From Thermoplasmatales archaeon (GTDB taxonomy: Archaea; Thermoplasmatota; E2; DHVEG-1), in contig CP070724.1 of assembly GCA_020350825.1 (NCBI GenBank), forward strand, positions 1,185,602 through 1,249,601: a DNA stretch of 64,000 bases, written 5' to 3'. Position 1 is the stretch's first letter. Each line of letters starts with the position of its first letter. The notes beneath the pieces are model-generated. The model did not search any database. It saw only the letters and a program-made list of their open reading frames with translations, and was not told where the DNA came from. Shown one piece after another: positions 19,700-30,074 of this stretch. Made by a program: the position numbers and the translations under genes.

Positions 19700-20329
19700 T
19701 TGGCAGATGAAGATAAACAAACAGAAGAAAAAATTGAAAACACAAAACACGAAGAAACAGTTGAACCTTCGGAAAAAAAAGAGATAGAAACTAAACCTGC
19801 AGAACAAGAACAACCTAAAGAAGAACTGGAAAAAATTGAAACTAAAAAAGAATTGAAAAAACCTCTAAAGAAAAAAGATGATAAAGACACTGATTTTAAT
19901 TATATTGTTCGAATAGCTAATACTGATATAGATGGGGAGAAGAAAGTTACTTTTGGACTTACTCAGATAAAAGGATTAGGGAGACGCATGGCTACTCTTG
20001 TTGCAGATACAGCTAGAATAGACAGAGAGACCAAATGTGGAAATTTAACTGACTCACAGCTAGAAAAAATCAATGAAGTTTTAGGGAATTTAGGCAAAAA
20101 AGCCCCAGCATGGATGCTTAATCATCGTAAGGATTTTGATACTGGAGAAGACATCCATCTGATAAGTACCGAAGTTGAATTGCGATTAAGAGATGAGATT
20201 AATCTATTGAAAATGATAAGATCTTATAGAGGCATTAGACACGAATCAGGCTTGTCTGTAAGAGGACAACGAACTCGGGCTAACAATCGAAAAGGACTTG
20301 CACTTGGTGTATCAAAGAAAAGGCCTTAG
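19700..20329 (+). CDS. rps13: 30S ribosomal protein S13 (uS13) with charged N-terminal extension
   Basis: IVRIANTDIDG, PAWMLN.RKD, SYRGIRH..GL.VRGQRT; TTG start after GAGGT. Confidence 0.95.
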   Translation: MADEDKQTEEKIENTKHEETVEPSEKKEIETKPAEQEQPKEELEKIETKKELKKPLKKKDDKDTDFNYIVRIANTDIDGEKKVTFGLTQIKGLGRRMATLVADTARIDRETKCGNLTDSQLEKINEVLGNLGKKAPAWMLNHRKDFDTGEDIHLISTEVELRLRDEINLLKMIRSYRGIRHESGLSVRGQRTRANNRKGLALGVSKKRP

Positions 20330-20340
20330 GTGTAATAACT

Positions 20341-21162
20341 ATGGGAAGTCCAAAGTTTCCTAAGAAAAAATACAACACTCCTTTACATCCATGGAAGGAA
20401 AATCGTATCGAATCTGAGAGAGAATTAATTAAAAAATATGGACTCAAGAATCACAAAGAAGTATGGAAAGCAAAAACATACCTGGAGAGATATAGACATC
20501 AAGCAAGGGAGTTACTTGCAAAGATAGGAGGAAAAGATCCTCAAGTAAAAAAAGAGAGTGAACAGCTACTTCTCCATCTCACCAGAATGGGTATATTACC
20601 AGCTGGTTCATCGCTCGATGATGTTTTAGCATTAGAAACAGAATCGATACTTTCAAGGAGATTACAAACTCTGGTATTTTTAAAGGGCTTCTCCAGTACT
20701 ACTAATCAGTCTAGACAACTAATCAACCATGGACATATTGCAATTGTGGATAGAAAGATAACTATTCCAAGCTATATTGTCTCGAAAGATGAAGAAAACG
20801 ATATAAATTATACTAATAGATCCCCATTAACTGAATTATCACACCCAGCAAGACCCAAGACAGATGTTACTGGCTATAAAACAGAAGAAATTGTCAAACC
20901 AAAAGAAGGAGAACCTGAACCTGAAGTAAAAAAGGAGAAAACTGAAAAGAAAGAAGATAAGACCACAGAGCCGACAAAAGAGAAAAAAGAAAAAACTGAA
21001 ACTAAAGAAGAGAAACCCAAAGATAACCCAGCGGTTAAAAAAGAAACCATTGAACAAACGAAAAAATCCGAGGACACGGATAAAGAAAAACCTGAAGAAG
21101 AAAAATCTCCTCCAGACAAAAAACAAGCAGAATTAAAAGATGAAAAAAAGGAGGATAAATAG
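20341..21162 (+). CDS. rps4: 30S ribosomal protein S4 (uS4) with charged C-terminal extension
   Basis: [35 protein letters not shown]. Confidence 0.95.
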   Translation: MGSPKFPKKKYNTPLHPWKENRIESERELIKKYGLKNHKEVWKAKTYLERYRHQARELLAKIGGKDPQVKKESEQLLLHLTRMGILPAGSSLDDVLALETESILSRRLQTLVFLKGFSSTTNQSRQLINHGHIAIVDRKITIPSYIVSKDEENDINYTNRSPLTELSHPARPKTDVTGYKTEEIVKPKEGEPEPEVKKEKTEKKEDKTTEPTKEKKEKTETKEEKPKDNPAVKKETIEQTKKSEDTDKEKPEEEKSPPDKKQAELKDEKKEDK

Positions 21163-21164
21163 AC

Positions 21165-21548
21165 ATGGGTAGAACAGGCATCGCACATATTTACGCATCT
21201 TTTAATAACATTATAATTACTATAACAGACTTAACAGGTGCCGAAACGATTACAAGGTGTTCCGGTGGAATGGTTACAAAATCAGCAAAAGATGAAGGAT
21301 CGCCATATGTTGCTATGAAAGTTGCACAAACTGCAGCTGAAGCTGCCATGGAGAAAGGATTTGATAGAGTTAACGTAAAAATTAGAGGAAAAGGGGGAAA
21401 GAAAGGTGGTTCTCCTGGCCGGGGTGCTCAGACTGCTATTCGTTCGCTTGTCAGAGCAGGATTAAGGATTGGAAACATTGAAGATGTTACACCACGCCCA
21501 CATGATGGTACCAAAGTAAAAGGTGGCAAGCGAGGTAGGCGTATCTAA
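21165..21548 (+). CDS. rps11: 30S ribosomal protein S11
   Basis: [27 protein letters not shown]. Confidence 0.96.
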   Translation: MGRTGIAHIYASFNNIIITITDLTGAETITRCSGGMVTKSAKDEGSPYVAMKVAQTAAEAAMEKGFDRVNVKIRGKGGKKGGSPGRGAQTAIRSLVRAGLRIGNIEDVTPRPHDGTKVKGGKRGRRI

Positions 21549-21557
21549 GGTGAACAG

Positions 21558-22352
21558 ATGAAAGTTAAAAATATAAAACTAAAAGGAAATAAAGGTATTT
21601 TAAAAATTGAAGATACTGATGTCTACTTTGTAAATTCTTTAAGGAGAATAATGCTTTCTGAACTACCTAAATTAGCCATCCACGATGTTATAATATATGA
21701 TAACACTAGCCCTCTATTTGATGAAATAATTGCTCATAGACTTGGTATGATTCCTCTTCCTACTGATTTGCGATTACTAGTGACTAAAGAGGATTGCAAA
21801 TGCAAGGGTAAGGGATGCCCGAGCTGTACAGTTCGATATACTTTGAGTAAAGAAGGAGAAGGAGTTGTATATTCTGGAGATTTGCAACCTGAAAACGAAA
21901 GTTGGGCCATAAAAGAAGACAAAATCCCAATTGTTGAACTTTCAAAAGATCAGCGGATAATACTTGAGGTTGAAGCAAACCTTGGTAAGGGAACAGATCA
22001 CGCAAAATGGCAAACAGTGCAAGCCCCAAGCTATAAATTGGATTATACGATTGAGACCGATAAAAAGAGAATAGACGAGGTAAAAGAGCTCATAAAGCAA
22101 CTTCCGAAAGATCTCGTGGAACTGAAAGGTAACAAACTAGAAATGAAGGATGTCACAAAATTACCTATACTGGAATCATATATCAATAAAGAAAAGGCAG
22201 ATTATATTACAGTTAAAAGGGATCCAAGCAAGATAACATTAATTTTTGAAACAGATGGATCGTTGAATGCAAAAGATGCTCTAAAAGAATCCGTCAATAT
22301 CCTTGTAAAAAAATATGAAGAATTCGGTAAACTCCTTAAAAAATTAAAATAA
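21558..22352 (+). CDS. rpoD: DNA-directed RNA polymerase subunit D (Rpo3)
   Basis: NSLRR, NTSPLFDEIIAHRLGMIPL, CKC...CPSC, GKGTDHAKW, ETDGSL. Confidence 0.95.
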   Translation: MKVKNIKLKGNKGILKIEDTDVYFVNSLRRIMLSELPKLAIHDVIIYDNTSPLFDEIIAHRLGMIPLPTDLRLLVTKEDCKCKGKGCPSCTVRYTLSKEGEGVVYSGDLQPENESWAIKEDKIPIVELSKDQRIILEVEANLGKGTDHAKWQTVQAPSYKLDYTIETDKKRIDEVKELIKQLPKDLVELKGNKLEMKDVTKLPILESYINKEKADYITVKRDPSKITLIFETDGSLNAKDALKESVNILVKKYEEFGKLLKKLK

Positions 22353-22395
22353 ATTTTATTTTTTTACCAAAAATATCTTTTATATACTTTCTATT

Positions 22396-22696
22396 TTAGC
22401 TTTGCAAAAATGGGCCTGTAGGGTAGCTTGGCATCCTTGTGGCTTCGGGAGCCATAGACTTGAGTTCAAATCTCAGCAGGCCCACTGAACTTTCTTGCTG
22501 GGTGTTTCTTCCACTGCTTTGCCTATGAGACTGAGAATTATAATTGCTAGATTGATTAGATTCTCTCCTTAGATTCTCTAATTCCTTAATGTATTCAATA
22601 ATGCCCCTCTCAGCTACTGCACTTATATTAATTCCAAGATCTTTAGCTCTCTTAACAACATCTTCATTTAGATTTATTCTACAGGTGGTATGTCAT
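22396..22696 (-). pseudogene. CcdA-like ribbon-helix-helix / putative integrase N-terminal fragment reading antisense through tRNA-Pro; start ATG is out of frame
   Basis: 98 stop-free codons 22692-22399: HTTCRINLNEDVVKRAKDLGINISAVAERGIIEYIKELEN...SSVGLLRFELKS...; ATG at 22696 is in another frame. Confidence 0.6.
22412..22484 (+). tRNA. tRNA-Pro (anticodon CGG), no intron, CCA not encoded
   Basis: Acceptor GGGCCTG/CAGGCCC-A; anticodon arm GTGGC-TTCGGGA-GCCAT; T-loop GTTCAAATC. Confidence 0.93.
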
Positions 22697-22745
22697 ATGG
22701 TTCTTGTGTTGTAATCTTATCTTATATCAATATAGTATTATTATT

Positions 22746-23345
22746 TCAAGCCATTATTTCAACTGTTAGTGGTATCCTTTTGTTTTCAATTTCAATTTTT
22801 ATTTCTCCAGTTGATGGTGGTGTAAATGCAAATAATGATTTTCCATTGGTATCAGTATATGTGCTCATCTCTTCAGAGATGCCTGGTATTGAAATATTTA
22901 CTAAAACATCACTTACACCTTCATCATTTACAGTAACCAGTATCTCAAGTTCGGCTGGTTGGCCAAATTCCAAAGAACCTGGTGATGCTGTAACTTTAGG
23001 AAATTTAACAATACCACAAATAAAATGTTTTAGAAGGATACCTCTAAACTGATTTAATTTCTTATCAAAAACTGTTTTAGAATTTATAGACATACCAAAT
23101 AAAGGAATTTTTGTCCCATTATAATCATGGATAATAAAATATAACACACGCACTGAAGTATATGATGTTATATTTCCAGATTGCATATCTTTTATAATAC
23201 CTAATATTATAGCTTTTGTAGTATGATACTTTTCATTTTGATTTAAAGCTATATTTAACCTTTTAGAATCATTATTACCTAAAACAGGTAGAACAGTTAT
23301 AATTAGCAACATACAAACAATAATTCCTACTAGTATCTTTTTCAT
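22746..23345 (-). CDS. Secreted hypothetical protein with C-terminal Ig-like segment
   Basis: Signal peptide MKKILVGIIVCMLLIITVLPVLG; beta-rich C-terminus with TDTNG. Confidence 0.7.
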   Translation of the reverse strand: MKKILVGIIVCMLLIITVLPVLGNNDSKRLNIALNQNEKYHTTKAIILGIIKDMQSGNITSYTSVRVLYFIIHDYNGTKIPLFGMSINSKTVFDKKLNQFRGILLKHFICGIVKFPKVTASPGSLEFGQPAELEILVTVNDEGVSDVLVNISIPGISEEMSTYTDTNGKSLFAFTPPSTGEIKIEIENKRIPLTVEIMA

Positions 23346-23361
23346 TATTTTGCCTCCCTTT

Positions 23362-23441
23362 ATATTCTCATAGACGATATATTATATAAATGCTACCTTT
23401 TAGCAGGGGAAAACAAATATATCAGAAGTGCATTATTAATA
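23362..23441. repeat. Divergent promoter block, copy 1
   Basis: atattctcataga (23362-23374) and aaacaaatatatcagaagtgcattattaata (23411-23441) recur exactly at 23981-23993 and 24024-24054. Confidence 0.85.
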
Positions 23442-23507
23442 CATAGAGGGGGAAAGTAATGGAAAGATGGAGATATTGATTGGTAAAATCTTTTCATAAC
23501 TGATTTA

Positions 23508-23960
23508 TTATGGATAATTTACAACAATGAATACGAATGAAGAAGTATCATCATCAGGATTAGCATCATCTACATCAATTGTTGCTTGCGCTTTCCAAAC
23601 CTCAAAGAAACCCCTAGAATTAGTGAAATATTGAATGTATCGTCCCATACCTGTATTGGGTAAATTAGGACCCCATGTCCATTCTTCTCGATAATCCTCT
23701 TTTCCTTTACTCTGACCAAATATTGATGTTATAGTAAATTCAACATTATATGCACTGGATATATTCGGTCCATCGTTAATAACTCCAACATTAAAGAATA
23801 TCCAAATATCTTCTGAATAAATCCGAGGTAAAACTCTTCTACCTGGTTTAACTTTAACCTTGATATTAAAATCCTCTGTCCCAATCGTTGTTGGAATAGA
23901 TACCAGCATCAATAAGCAGATAACACCAACTGCCAATCCTTTCCTTAACTTATGTTTCAT
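23508..23960 (-). CDS. Secreted hypothetical protein (CARDB/Ig-like)
   Basis: Signal peptide RKGLAVGVICLLMLVSIP; VINDGP...DANPDDD. Confidence 0.7.
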   Translation of the reverse strand: MKHKLRKGLAVGVICLLMLVSIPTTIGTEDFNIKVKVKPGRRVLPRIYSEDIWIFFNVGVINDGPNISSAYNVEFTITSIFGQSKGKEDYREEWTWGPNLPNTGMGRYIQYFTNSRGFFEVWKAQATIDVDDANPDDDTSSFVFIVVNYP

Positions 23961-23980
23961 TAATTATACCTCCCTTCTTC

Positions 23981-24054
23981 ATATTCTCATAGATGACATA
24001 GTATAAATAACTTTGTCACAGTTAAACAAATATATCAGAAGTGCATTATTAATA
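23981..24054. repeat. Divergent promoter block, copy 2
   Basis: 13-bp and 31-bp exact matches to 23362-23441 in the same order. Confidence 0.85.
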
Positions 24055-24064
24055 TGGGGAAAGA

Positions 24065-24307
24065 ATGAATAACAAGATACTACTCGGTAGTATTGTATCT
24101 GTGACAATACTTATCCTTGTATCATTCACATCTGTAATTGGATATAGAAGCATAAGTTTTGATGTGAAGGTTTCTCCATTGTTCAACATTAGAAGTAGCA
24201 AAGCAATAGGAAAAGAAAGCAAGGATATTGCATGTGATTATGTTGGGAAAGGAGAAGACATCGATATAAATTTATCTAGTAGAGTAAGGAGAGCAGAAAA
24301 GGATTAA
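24065..24307 (+). CDS. Secreted hypothetical protein, probably truncated
   Basis: Signal peptide NKILLGSIVSVTILILVSFTSVIG resembles the 43578 ORF; only 80 aa. Confidence 0.5.
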   Translation: MNNKILLGSIVSVTILILVSFTSVIGYRSISFDVKVSPLFNIRSSKAIGKESKDIACDYVGKGEDIDINLSSRVRRAEKD

Positions 24308-24447
24308 AAACCTGTCTCTACGACAATTAGCGATGGTTTTACCTATTCATTTTTTATATGCTTTATTTCTTTCCGATTAGGAAATAATAGAAACATTTAT
24401 TTATCGTCTTTATCATCGGAGCCGATGTTCCTATATGGAGACATGAT

Positions 24448-25230
24448 ATGAAATATGATACAATCGAATTATCAAAAGAGAACAGTACAAATACTATTTC
24501 TCTAAACAGACCAGAGGTACATAACGCAATGAATGAACAGTTAATGACAGAGCTAACAAATTGCTTTAAAGAACTATCAAATGATAAAACAGTTAAAACC
24601 ATTGTTCTTACAGGACGAGGTAAATCCTTCTGTGCGGGAGCAGACCTAAATTGGATGAAAAGCATGGTCAGTTACTCTAAAGAGGAAAACATAAAAGACA
24701 GTAGACTACTCTTAAACCTTTATGATACTATTTATTCATGTCCAAAATCAGTAATTGGACGGATAAACGGCCATGCTTTTGGAGGGGGACTGGGACTAAT
24801 TGCAGTATGTGATATCACTATATCAATTCCTGGCTTAAAATTCGCTTTCAGCGAAGCAAATATCGGAATTATACCATCGGTTATCTCAACATATATTGCC
24901 CCAAGAGTAAACTCTGCAGATATGAGACGATTATTTATTACTGCAGAACGATTTGACACAACATTAGCTCATGACATAGGTTTAATTGATTTTGTTGTCA
25001 CACCTGAGGAGTTTGACTCTAAAGTTGAGTACTATATTGAACAATCGAGATCCTCTGGACCCATTGCTATTGCAGAGGTAAAAAACCTAATAAAAAACCT
25101 TCGGGAAATGCATATTGATAAATATAAAGAATTCACTGTGGAAAAAATTTCTGAACTTAGAGTCTCAGAAGAAGGGCAAGAAGGGATAAACGCTTTCCTT
25201 GAGAAAAGAAAACCGAAGTGGAGAGAATAA
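24448..25230 (+). CDS. liuC: Enoyl-CoA hydratase family, probable 3-methylglutaconyl-CoA hydratase
   Basis: LNRPEVHNA, FCAGADLNWM, GGGLGL, FSE, EGQEG..AFLEKRKP; directly upstream of MCC genes. Confidence 0.8.
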   Translation: MKYDTIELSKENSTNTISLNRPEVHNAMNEQLMTELTNCFKELSNDKTVKTIVLTGRGKSFCAGADLNWMKSMVSYSKEENIKDSRLLLNLYDTIYSCPKSVIGRINGHAFGGGLGLIAVCDITISIPGLKFAFSEANIGIIPSVISTYIAPRVNSADMRRLFITAERFDTTLAHDIGLIDFVVTPEEFDSKVEYYIEQSRSSGPIAIAEVKNLIKNLREMHIDKYKEFTVEKISELRVSEEGQEGINAFLEKRKPKWRE

Positions 25231-25231
25231 A

Positions 25232-26728
25232 GTGTTCAAAAAAGTACTTATAGCAAATCGGAGTGAGATAGCCGTTAGGATAATAAAAGCTTGCCAAGAA
25301 ATTGGTATAAAAACAGTGGCTGTGTATTCAGAAGTAGACAGACGGGCACCACATGTTCAACTTGCTGACGAATCAATAAATCTTGGTGAACCAACTCCTT
25401 CAGAAAGTTATCTCAACATCCCTAAAATCATTGAGAATGCACAATCGGTAGGAGCTGAGGCTATTCATCCTGGATATGGTTTTCTTGCAGAGAACCCTGA
25501 TTTTGCTAAAGCCTGTCATGATAAAGGAATAAAATTTATAGGACCAAAACCAGAAATAATTAGATTGATGGGGGACAAAATTGAAGCAAAAAAAACTATG
25601 GAAAATGCAGATGTGCCTGTAATTCCGGGTTATCATGGTGAAAAACAAGATATTGCAACTTTGGTCAAAGAAGGTAAAAAAGTAGGTTTTCCATTGCTTG
25701 TTAAAGCTACCGCTGGCGGCGGTGGTAAAGGAATGAGGATAGTTAATTCCGAAGATGAACTTGAGCAATCTATTGAAAGTGCAAAAAGGGAATCAAAATC
25801 ATCTTTTGGTAATGACTCTGTTTTTCTTGAAAAGTATCTTGATAAACCTAGACATATTGAATTTCAAATTCTTGCCGATGAGCATGAAAATGTTATCCAT
25901 CTTTTTGAAAGAGAATGCTCAATTCAAAGAAGACATCAAAAAATTATTGAAGAAACCCCATCCCCAGTAATGACAAAAAAACTTAGAGAAGAAATGGGTA
26001 AAGCCGCTATTGCAGCAGCAGAAGCTGTTGGTTATACAAATGCCGGAACAATAGAATTTATGGTTGATGGTAATTTAAATTTCTATTTCATGGAGATGAA
26101 CACTCGTCTTCAAGTTGAGCATCCAATTACTGAAGCAACTACTGGTATAGATCTTGCGAAATGGCAATTAAAGATAGCAAATGGTATGGAACTTGCTCTT
26201 AAACAGAAAAATATAACACAGCGTGGGCATGCTGTTGAATGTAGAGTTTATGCAGAGGATCCATCAAATGGTTTTTTACCTAGTATTGGAGTATTAAAAA
26301 AAGTGGAACCTCCTAGGGGTCCGAATATAAGAAATGATATGGGTATTGAAACTAATATAGAGATAACGCCCTATTATGATCCAATGCTCGCTAAACTTGT
26401 GGTAAGCGCTGAAAACAGAGAAGAAAGCATTAATAAGATGATATGGGCACTTTCAAATTACGTAATATTAGGTGTAACTACCAATATTTCTTTTCTCAAA
26501 AAAGTTCTAGAACATGAGGAGTTTAAAAAAGGAAACATTACTACTCACTTTATTGATAATTACTTTGAAGATCGAATTATTATTAACAAAGGATTGCCTT
26601 TAGATGCAATTATCGCCTTGGCAGTCTATGATTCCTTACATACAAGAAGGCAGGAAGTTGTGAGATTTAAAGAAGCAGATCCACATTCCCCATGGAAACG
26701 TGTTGGACGATGGAGGATGGGAGTGTAA
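25232..26728 (+). CDS. Biotin carboxylase subunit (3-methylcrotonyl-CoA carboxylase alpha)
   Basis: KVLIANRSEIA, HPGYGFLAEN, GGGGKGM, ERECSIQRRHQK, EMNTRLQVEH, YDPMLAKL. Confidence 0.92.
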   Translation: MFKKVLIANRSEIAVRIIKACQEIGIKTVAVYSEVDRRAPHVQLADESINLGEPTPSESYLNIPKIIENAQSVGAEAIHPGYGFLAENPDFAKACHDKGIKFIGPKPEIIRLMGDKIEAKKTMENADVPVIPGYHGEKQDIATLVKEGKKVGFPLLVKATAGGGGKGMRIVNSEDELEQSIESAKRESKSSFGNDSVFLEKYLDKPRHIEFQILADEHENVIHLFERECSIQRRHQKIIEETPSPVMTKKLREEMGKAAIAAAEAVGYTNAGTIEFMVDGNLNFYFMEMNTRLQVEHPITEATTGIDLAKWQLKIANGMELALKQKNITQRGHAVECRVYAEDPSNGFLPSIGVLKKVEPPRGPNIRNDMGIETNIEITPYYDPMLAKLVVSAENREESINKMIWALSNYVILGVTTNISFLKKVLEHEEFKKGNITTHFIDNYFEDRIIINKGLPLDAIIALAVYDSLHTRRQEVVRFKEADPHSPWKRVGRWRMGV

Positions 26729-26729
26729 T

Positions 26730-27221
26730 ATGTTTATTAACTATGAACATGAAAACCATGTTTATAATGTGACAGTTGAACATAGGGAAAACCAATTTTT
26801 TGTAACTTATGATAACAATGAATATACTGTACTTGCAACGGAATCAAAACCAGGTCAACTTAAGATAGAATTAGGTGGTAGGGTTATTAAATGTGTAATT
26901 TCTGAGGGTGAAGAAAATAAATTTGTTTTTATTGATGGTAACATTTTCAAAGTAAAACGTATAGAGCTTACTGGGCAAAAAAGAACTGGTATGAAAGAAA
27001 TCGGCCTTAACTCTCCGATATCTGGAACTGTTGTTAGTATAAAAATAGAGGAGGGAGACACAGTTAAGAAAGACGACGTGATAATGGTTATTGAAGCGAT
27101 GAAGATGGAATATATTATAAGAGCTCCATATAACGGTATAATAAAAAAAGTTAATTTTAAGGAAAAAGATCAAATTGAAATTGGTCAAACTACTGCTGAA
27201 CTTGAGGAAAAGGAGGCTTAA
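26730..27221 (+). CDS. Biotin carboxyl carrier protein
   Basis: SPISG...EAMKME biotinylation motif. Confidence 0.92.
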   Translation: MFINYEHENHVYNVTVEHRENQFFVTYDNNEYTVLATESKPGQLKIELGGRVIKCVISEGEENKFVFIDGNIFKVKRIELTGQKRTGMKEIGLNSPISGTVVSIKIEEGDTVKKDDVIMVIEAMKMEYIIRAPYNGIIKKVNFKEKDQIEIGQTTAELEEKEA

Positions 27222-27222
27222 T

Positions 27223-28830
27223 ATGGATATTATTGAAAGTGGAATAAATACCTCCAATAAGGAATATAAAGAGAATTTTGCTCATTATGAAAAACTTACT
27301 AAAGATTTAAAAGAACACATTGCTGTTGCTGCAAAAGGAGGTGGTGATGAGAAAATCAAGTTACATAAATCAAGAAATAAGATGCTAGCGAGAGAAAGAA
27401 TTGAGATATTACTTGACCCAGATACCCCATTTATGGAATTTAATCCTCTTGCAGCATATAACATGTTCAATAATAAAGCGCCTGGAGCGGGTATAGTAAC
27501 TGGTATAGGCATTATTCATGGAGGAGAAGTAGTAATTGTTGCAAACGATGCGACTGTCTCCGGTGGTACGTATTATCCAATAACTGTCAAGAAACATTTA
27601 CGCGCTCAAGAAATTGCAAAGGAGAACAATCTTCCCTGTATTTATCTCGTAGATTCAGGAGGGGCTTTCTTACCGATGCAAGATGAGGTATTTCCGGATA
27701 GAGAACATTTTGGACGAATTTTCTATAATCAGGCAAAGATGTCCTCATTAAAGATACCGCAAATCGCAGTTGTCATGGGTTCTTGTACAGCTGGTGGAGC
27801 ATATGTTCCGGCGATGTCTGATGAAACAGTCATTGTTAAGGGAACAGGAACTATATTTTTAGGTGGTCCACCACTTGTCAAAGCAGCAACTGGTGAAGAA
27901 GTAACAACAGAAGAGCTTGGGGGAGCAGATGTCCATTGCAAAGAGAGTGGGGTATCTGATCATTATGTACATGATGATATAGAAGCAATTAGGATTACTC
28001 GAAATATTGTAGAGAATCTGAACAGACCAGAGAAAACCCATCTTGACATCAAAAGACCTGAGGAGCCGGCATATGATATCAAAGAAATATATGGAGTAAT
28101 TCCAAAAGATTCTCGAAAACCATTTGATGTTAGGGAAATAATTGCAAGAACTGTAGATGGATCTCAATTTCATGAATTTAAAACATTGTACGGAACAACA
28201 CTTATCTGCGGTTTTGCAAAAATTATGGGATATCCAGTAGGAATTTTAGCTAATAATGGCGTTCTTTTCTCTGAATCTGCTCTTAAAGGGTCGCATTTCA
28301 TTGAAATTTGTTGTCAGCGTAAGATTCCTATAGTTTTTTTACAGAACATTACAGGGTTTATGGTTGGGAAGAAATATGAAGCAGGTGGTATAGCAAAAGA
28401 TGGGGCAAAAATGGTATCAGCAGTGACATGTGCACAAGTCCCAAAATTCACTGTAATAATAGGTGGATCATTTGGAGCAGGTAACTATGGTATGTGCGGT
28501 AGGGCATATCAACCTAGGCAGCTATGGATGTGGCCAAACGCAAGAATTTCTGTGATGGGAGGGGAGCAGGCAGCCAATGTACTTCTTACAGTTAAACGAG
28601 ATCAGCTCTGGAGAAAAGGCATTGAGATGACCAAAAAGGAAGAAAAAGAGTTAATTGGTCCAATTTTAAAGAAATACGAAACAGAGGGGAGTCCATACTA
28701 TAGTACTGCTCGGATATGGGATGATGGTGTTATCGATCCAGTAGATACAAGAATGGTACTTGGACTTGGTATTTCTGCTTCCCTAAATGCTCCAATTCCA
28801 GATTGGAGACCTGGCGTATTTAGAATGTAA
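27223..28830 (+). CDS. liuB: 3-methylcrotonyl-CoA carboxylase carboxyltransferase (beta) subunit
   Basis: [66 protein letters not shown]. Confidence 0.9.
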   Translation: MDIIESGINTSNKEYKENFAHYEKLTKDLKEHIAVAAKGGGDEKIKLHKSRNKMLARERIEILLDPDTPFMEFNPLAAYNMFNNKAPGAGIVTGIGIIHGGEVVIVANDATVSGGTYYPITVKKHLRAQEIAKENNLPCIYLVDSGGAFLPMQDEVFPDREHFGRIFYNQAKMSSLKIPQIAVVMGSCTAGGAYVPAMSDETVIVKGTGTIFLGGPPLVKAATGEEVTTEELGGADVHCKESGVSDHYVHDDIEAIRITRNIVENLNRPEKTHLDIKRPEEPAYDIKEIYGVIPKDSRKPFDVREIIARTVDGSQFHEFKTLYGTTLICGFAKIMGYPVGILANNGVLFSESALKGSHFIEICCQRKIPIVFLQNITGFMVGKKYEAGGIAKDGAKMVSAVTCAQVPKFTVIIGGSFGAGNYGMCGRAYQPRQLWMWPNARISVMGGEQAANVLLTVKRDQLWRKGIEMTKKEEKELIGPILKKYETEGSPYYSTARIWDDGVIDPVDTRMVLGLGISASLNAPIPDWRPGVFRM

Positions 28831-28843
28831 TAGTGGTTTAACA

Positions 28844-30052
28844 ATGAAATACGATGTTGTTATAGTTGGTGCAGGACCATCTGGTTCAACATCTGCAAAA
28901 TGCCTTGCCGAAAAAGGGGTGAAAGCCCTCCTTATCGATAAGAAAAAATTTCCAAGGGACAAACCATGCGGTGGAGGTCTTCCAACAAAGGTTTTAAACC
29001 GATTTCCCTATGTTTTAGATTTAATTGAATCTATTTCATATAGGAGCATTACCTATTCAGCTTCTTTGAAGTATAGAATGAAGATTCAAAGAGACAAACC
29101 AATTATTGCAACAATTCTTAGAAAGAATTTTGATTATGGTTTGGTAAAAATTGCTGTCGCAAAGGGAGTGGATTTTCTTGATGAAAAAACAGTAACCGAC
29201 ATTAAAATACTAAAAGATAAAGCAATAATAATTTTAGAAGGCGGACAGAAAATTGAATCACAAATAGTAATTGGAGCAGATGGAGTTAGAAGTGTTATTG
29301 TAGAGAAGTCAAACCTAGTTAAAAATTCAGAGGATATTTGCGTATGTTTGGTTAAGGAACAACCAATGACAGAAGAGCAAATTAATAAATACTTCTCTGA
29401 GAAAAGAACGGTACACATATTTATAAAAATACTGGGAATAGCCGGGTATGGATGGATATTTCCAAAGAAAAAACATGTAAATATCGGAATTGGTGAATTC
29501 GAATCAGCGATAGATAAATCAAAACATAAGAAAAATCTTAAGGAGATCTATGAAAAATATATAAAAACTCTTAAAGAGAATAATTTATTGCCCAGAGATT
29601 TAAAAATTAATAATCCAAAGGGCAGTACATTACCGATCTTTCCGATTGATAAAACATTTGCTGATCGGTTACTTATATGTGGGGATGCAGCTGGATTTAT
29701 CAATTCAATTACTGGTGAAGGTATATATTATGCAATGACCTCTGGCGAAATAGCTGCAAATGTAATAAATGAAGCTTTAAAAGTTAATGACACTAGTGAA
29801 GGGTTTTTATCTAAGTACCAGAAACTTTGGGAGGATGAATTTGGTAAAGACCTAAAGCTTTTTGGACGTTTTAACAAACAATGGGGAAAAGTTTCAGAAA
29901 AATTCGTTAGACTTTTAACCAAAGACAAAAAACTTGCTAAACTCACTATGGGAGTCACTGGTGGCCAAATAAGCATTTCCAGATATAGATTAGCAATCAT
30001 ATTTAGATATATCTATGTTTCTTTTAAGGATAGGTTTAATAGAGACAAATAA
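28844..30052 (+). CDS. Geranylgeranyl reductase family flavoprotein
   Basis: GAGPSG, PRDKPCGG, GADG, GYGWIFPK, GDAAG...GEGI. Confidence 0.9.
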   Translation: MKYDVVIVGAGPSGSTSAKCLAEKGVKALLIDKKKFPRDKPCGGGLPTKVLNRFPYVLDLIESISYRSITYSASLKYRMKIQRDKPIIATILRKNFDYGLVKIAVAKGVDFLDEKTVTDIKILKDKAIIILEGGQKIESQIVIGADGVRSVIVEKSNLVKNSEDICVCLVKEQPMTEEQINKYFSEKRTVHIFIKILGIAGYGWIFPKKKHVNIGIGEFESAIDKSKHKKNLKEIYEKYIKTLKENNLLPRDLKINNPKGSTLPIFPIDKTFADRLLICGDAAGFINSITGEGIYYAMTSGEIAANVINEALKVNDTSEGFLSKYQKLWEDEFGKDLKLFGRFNKQWGKVSEKFVRLLTKDKKLAKLTMGVTGGQISISRYRLAIIFRYIYVSFKDRFNRDK

Positions 30053-30074
30053 TTGATTAAAAGGCAGATGGAAA

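Noticed and set aside
20839-21188. Phe/Ser-rich antisense ORFs over rps4, and similar shadow ORFs throughout the window
   Set aside because: Mirror images of Lys/Glu-rich or otherwise well-supported genes on the opposite strand
22485-24447. Intact prophage or integrative element at tRNA-Pro
   Set aside because: No integrase catalytic domain, replication or capsid genes, and no second att copy seen; reported only as a scar
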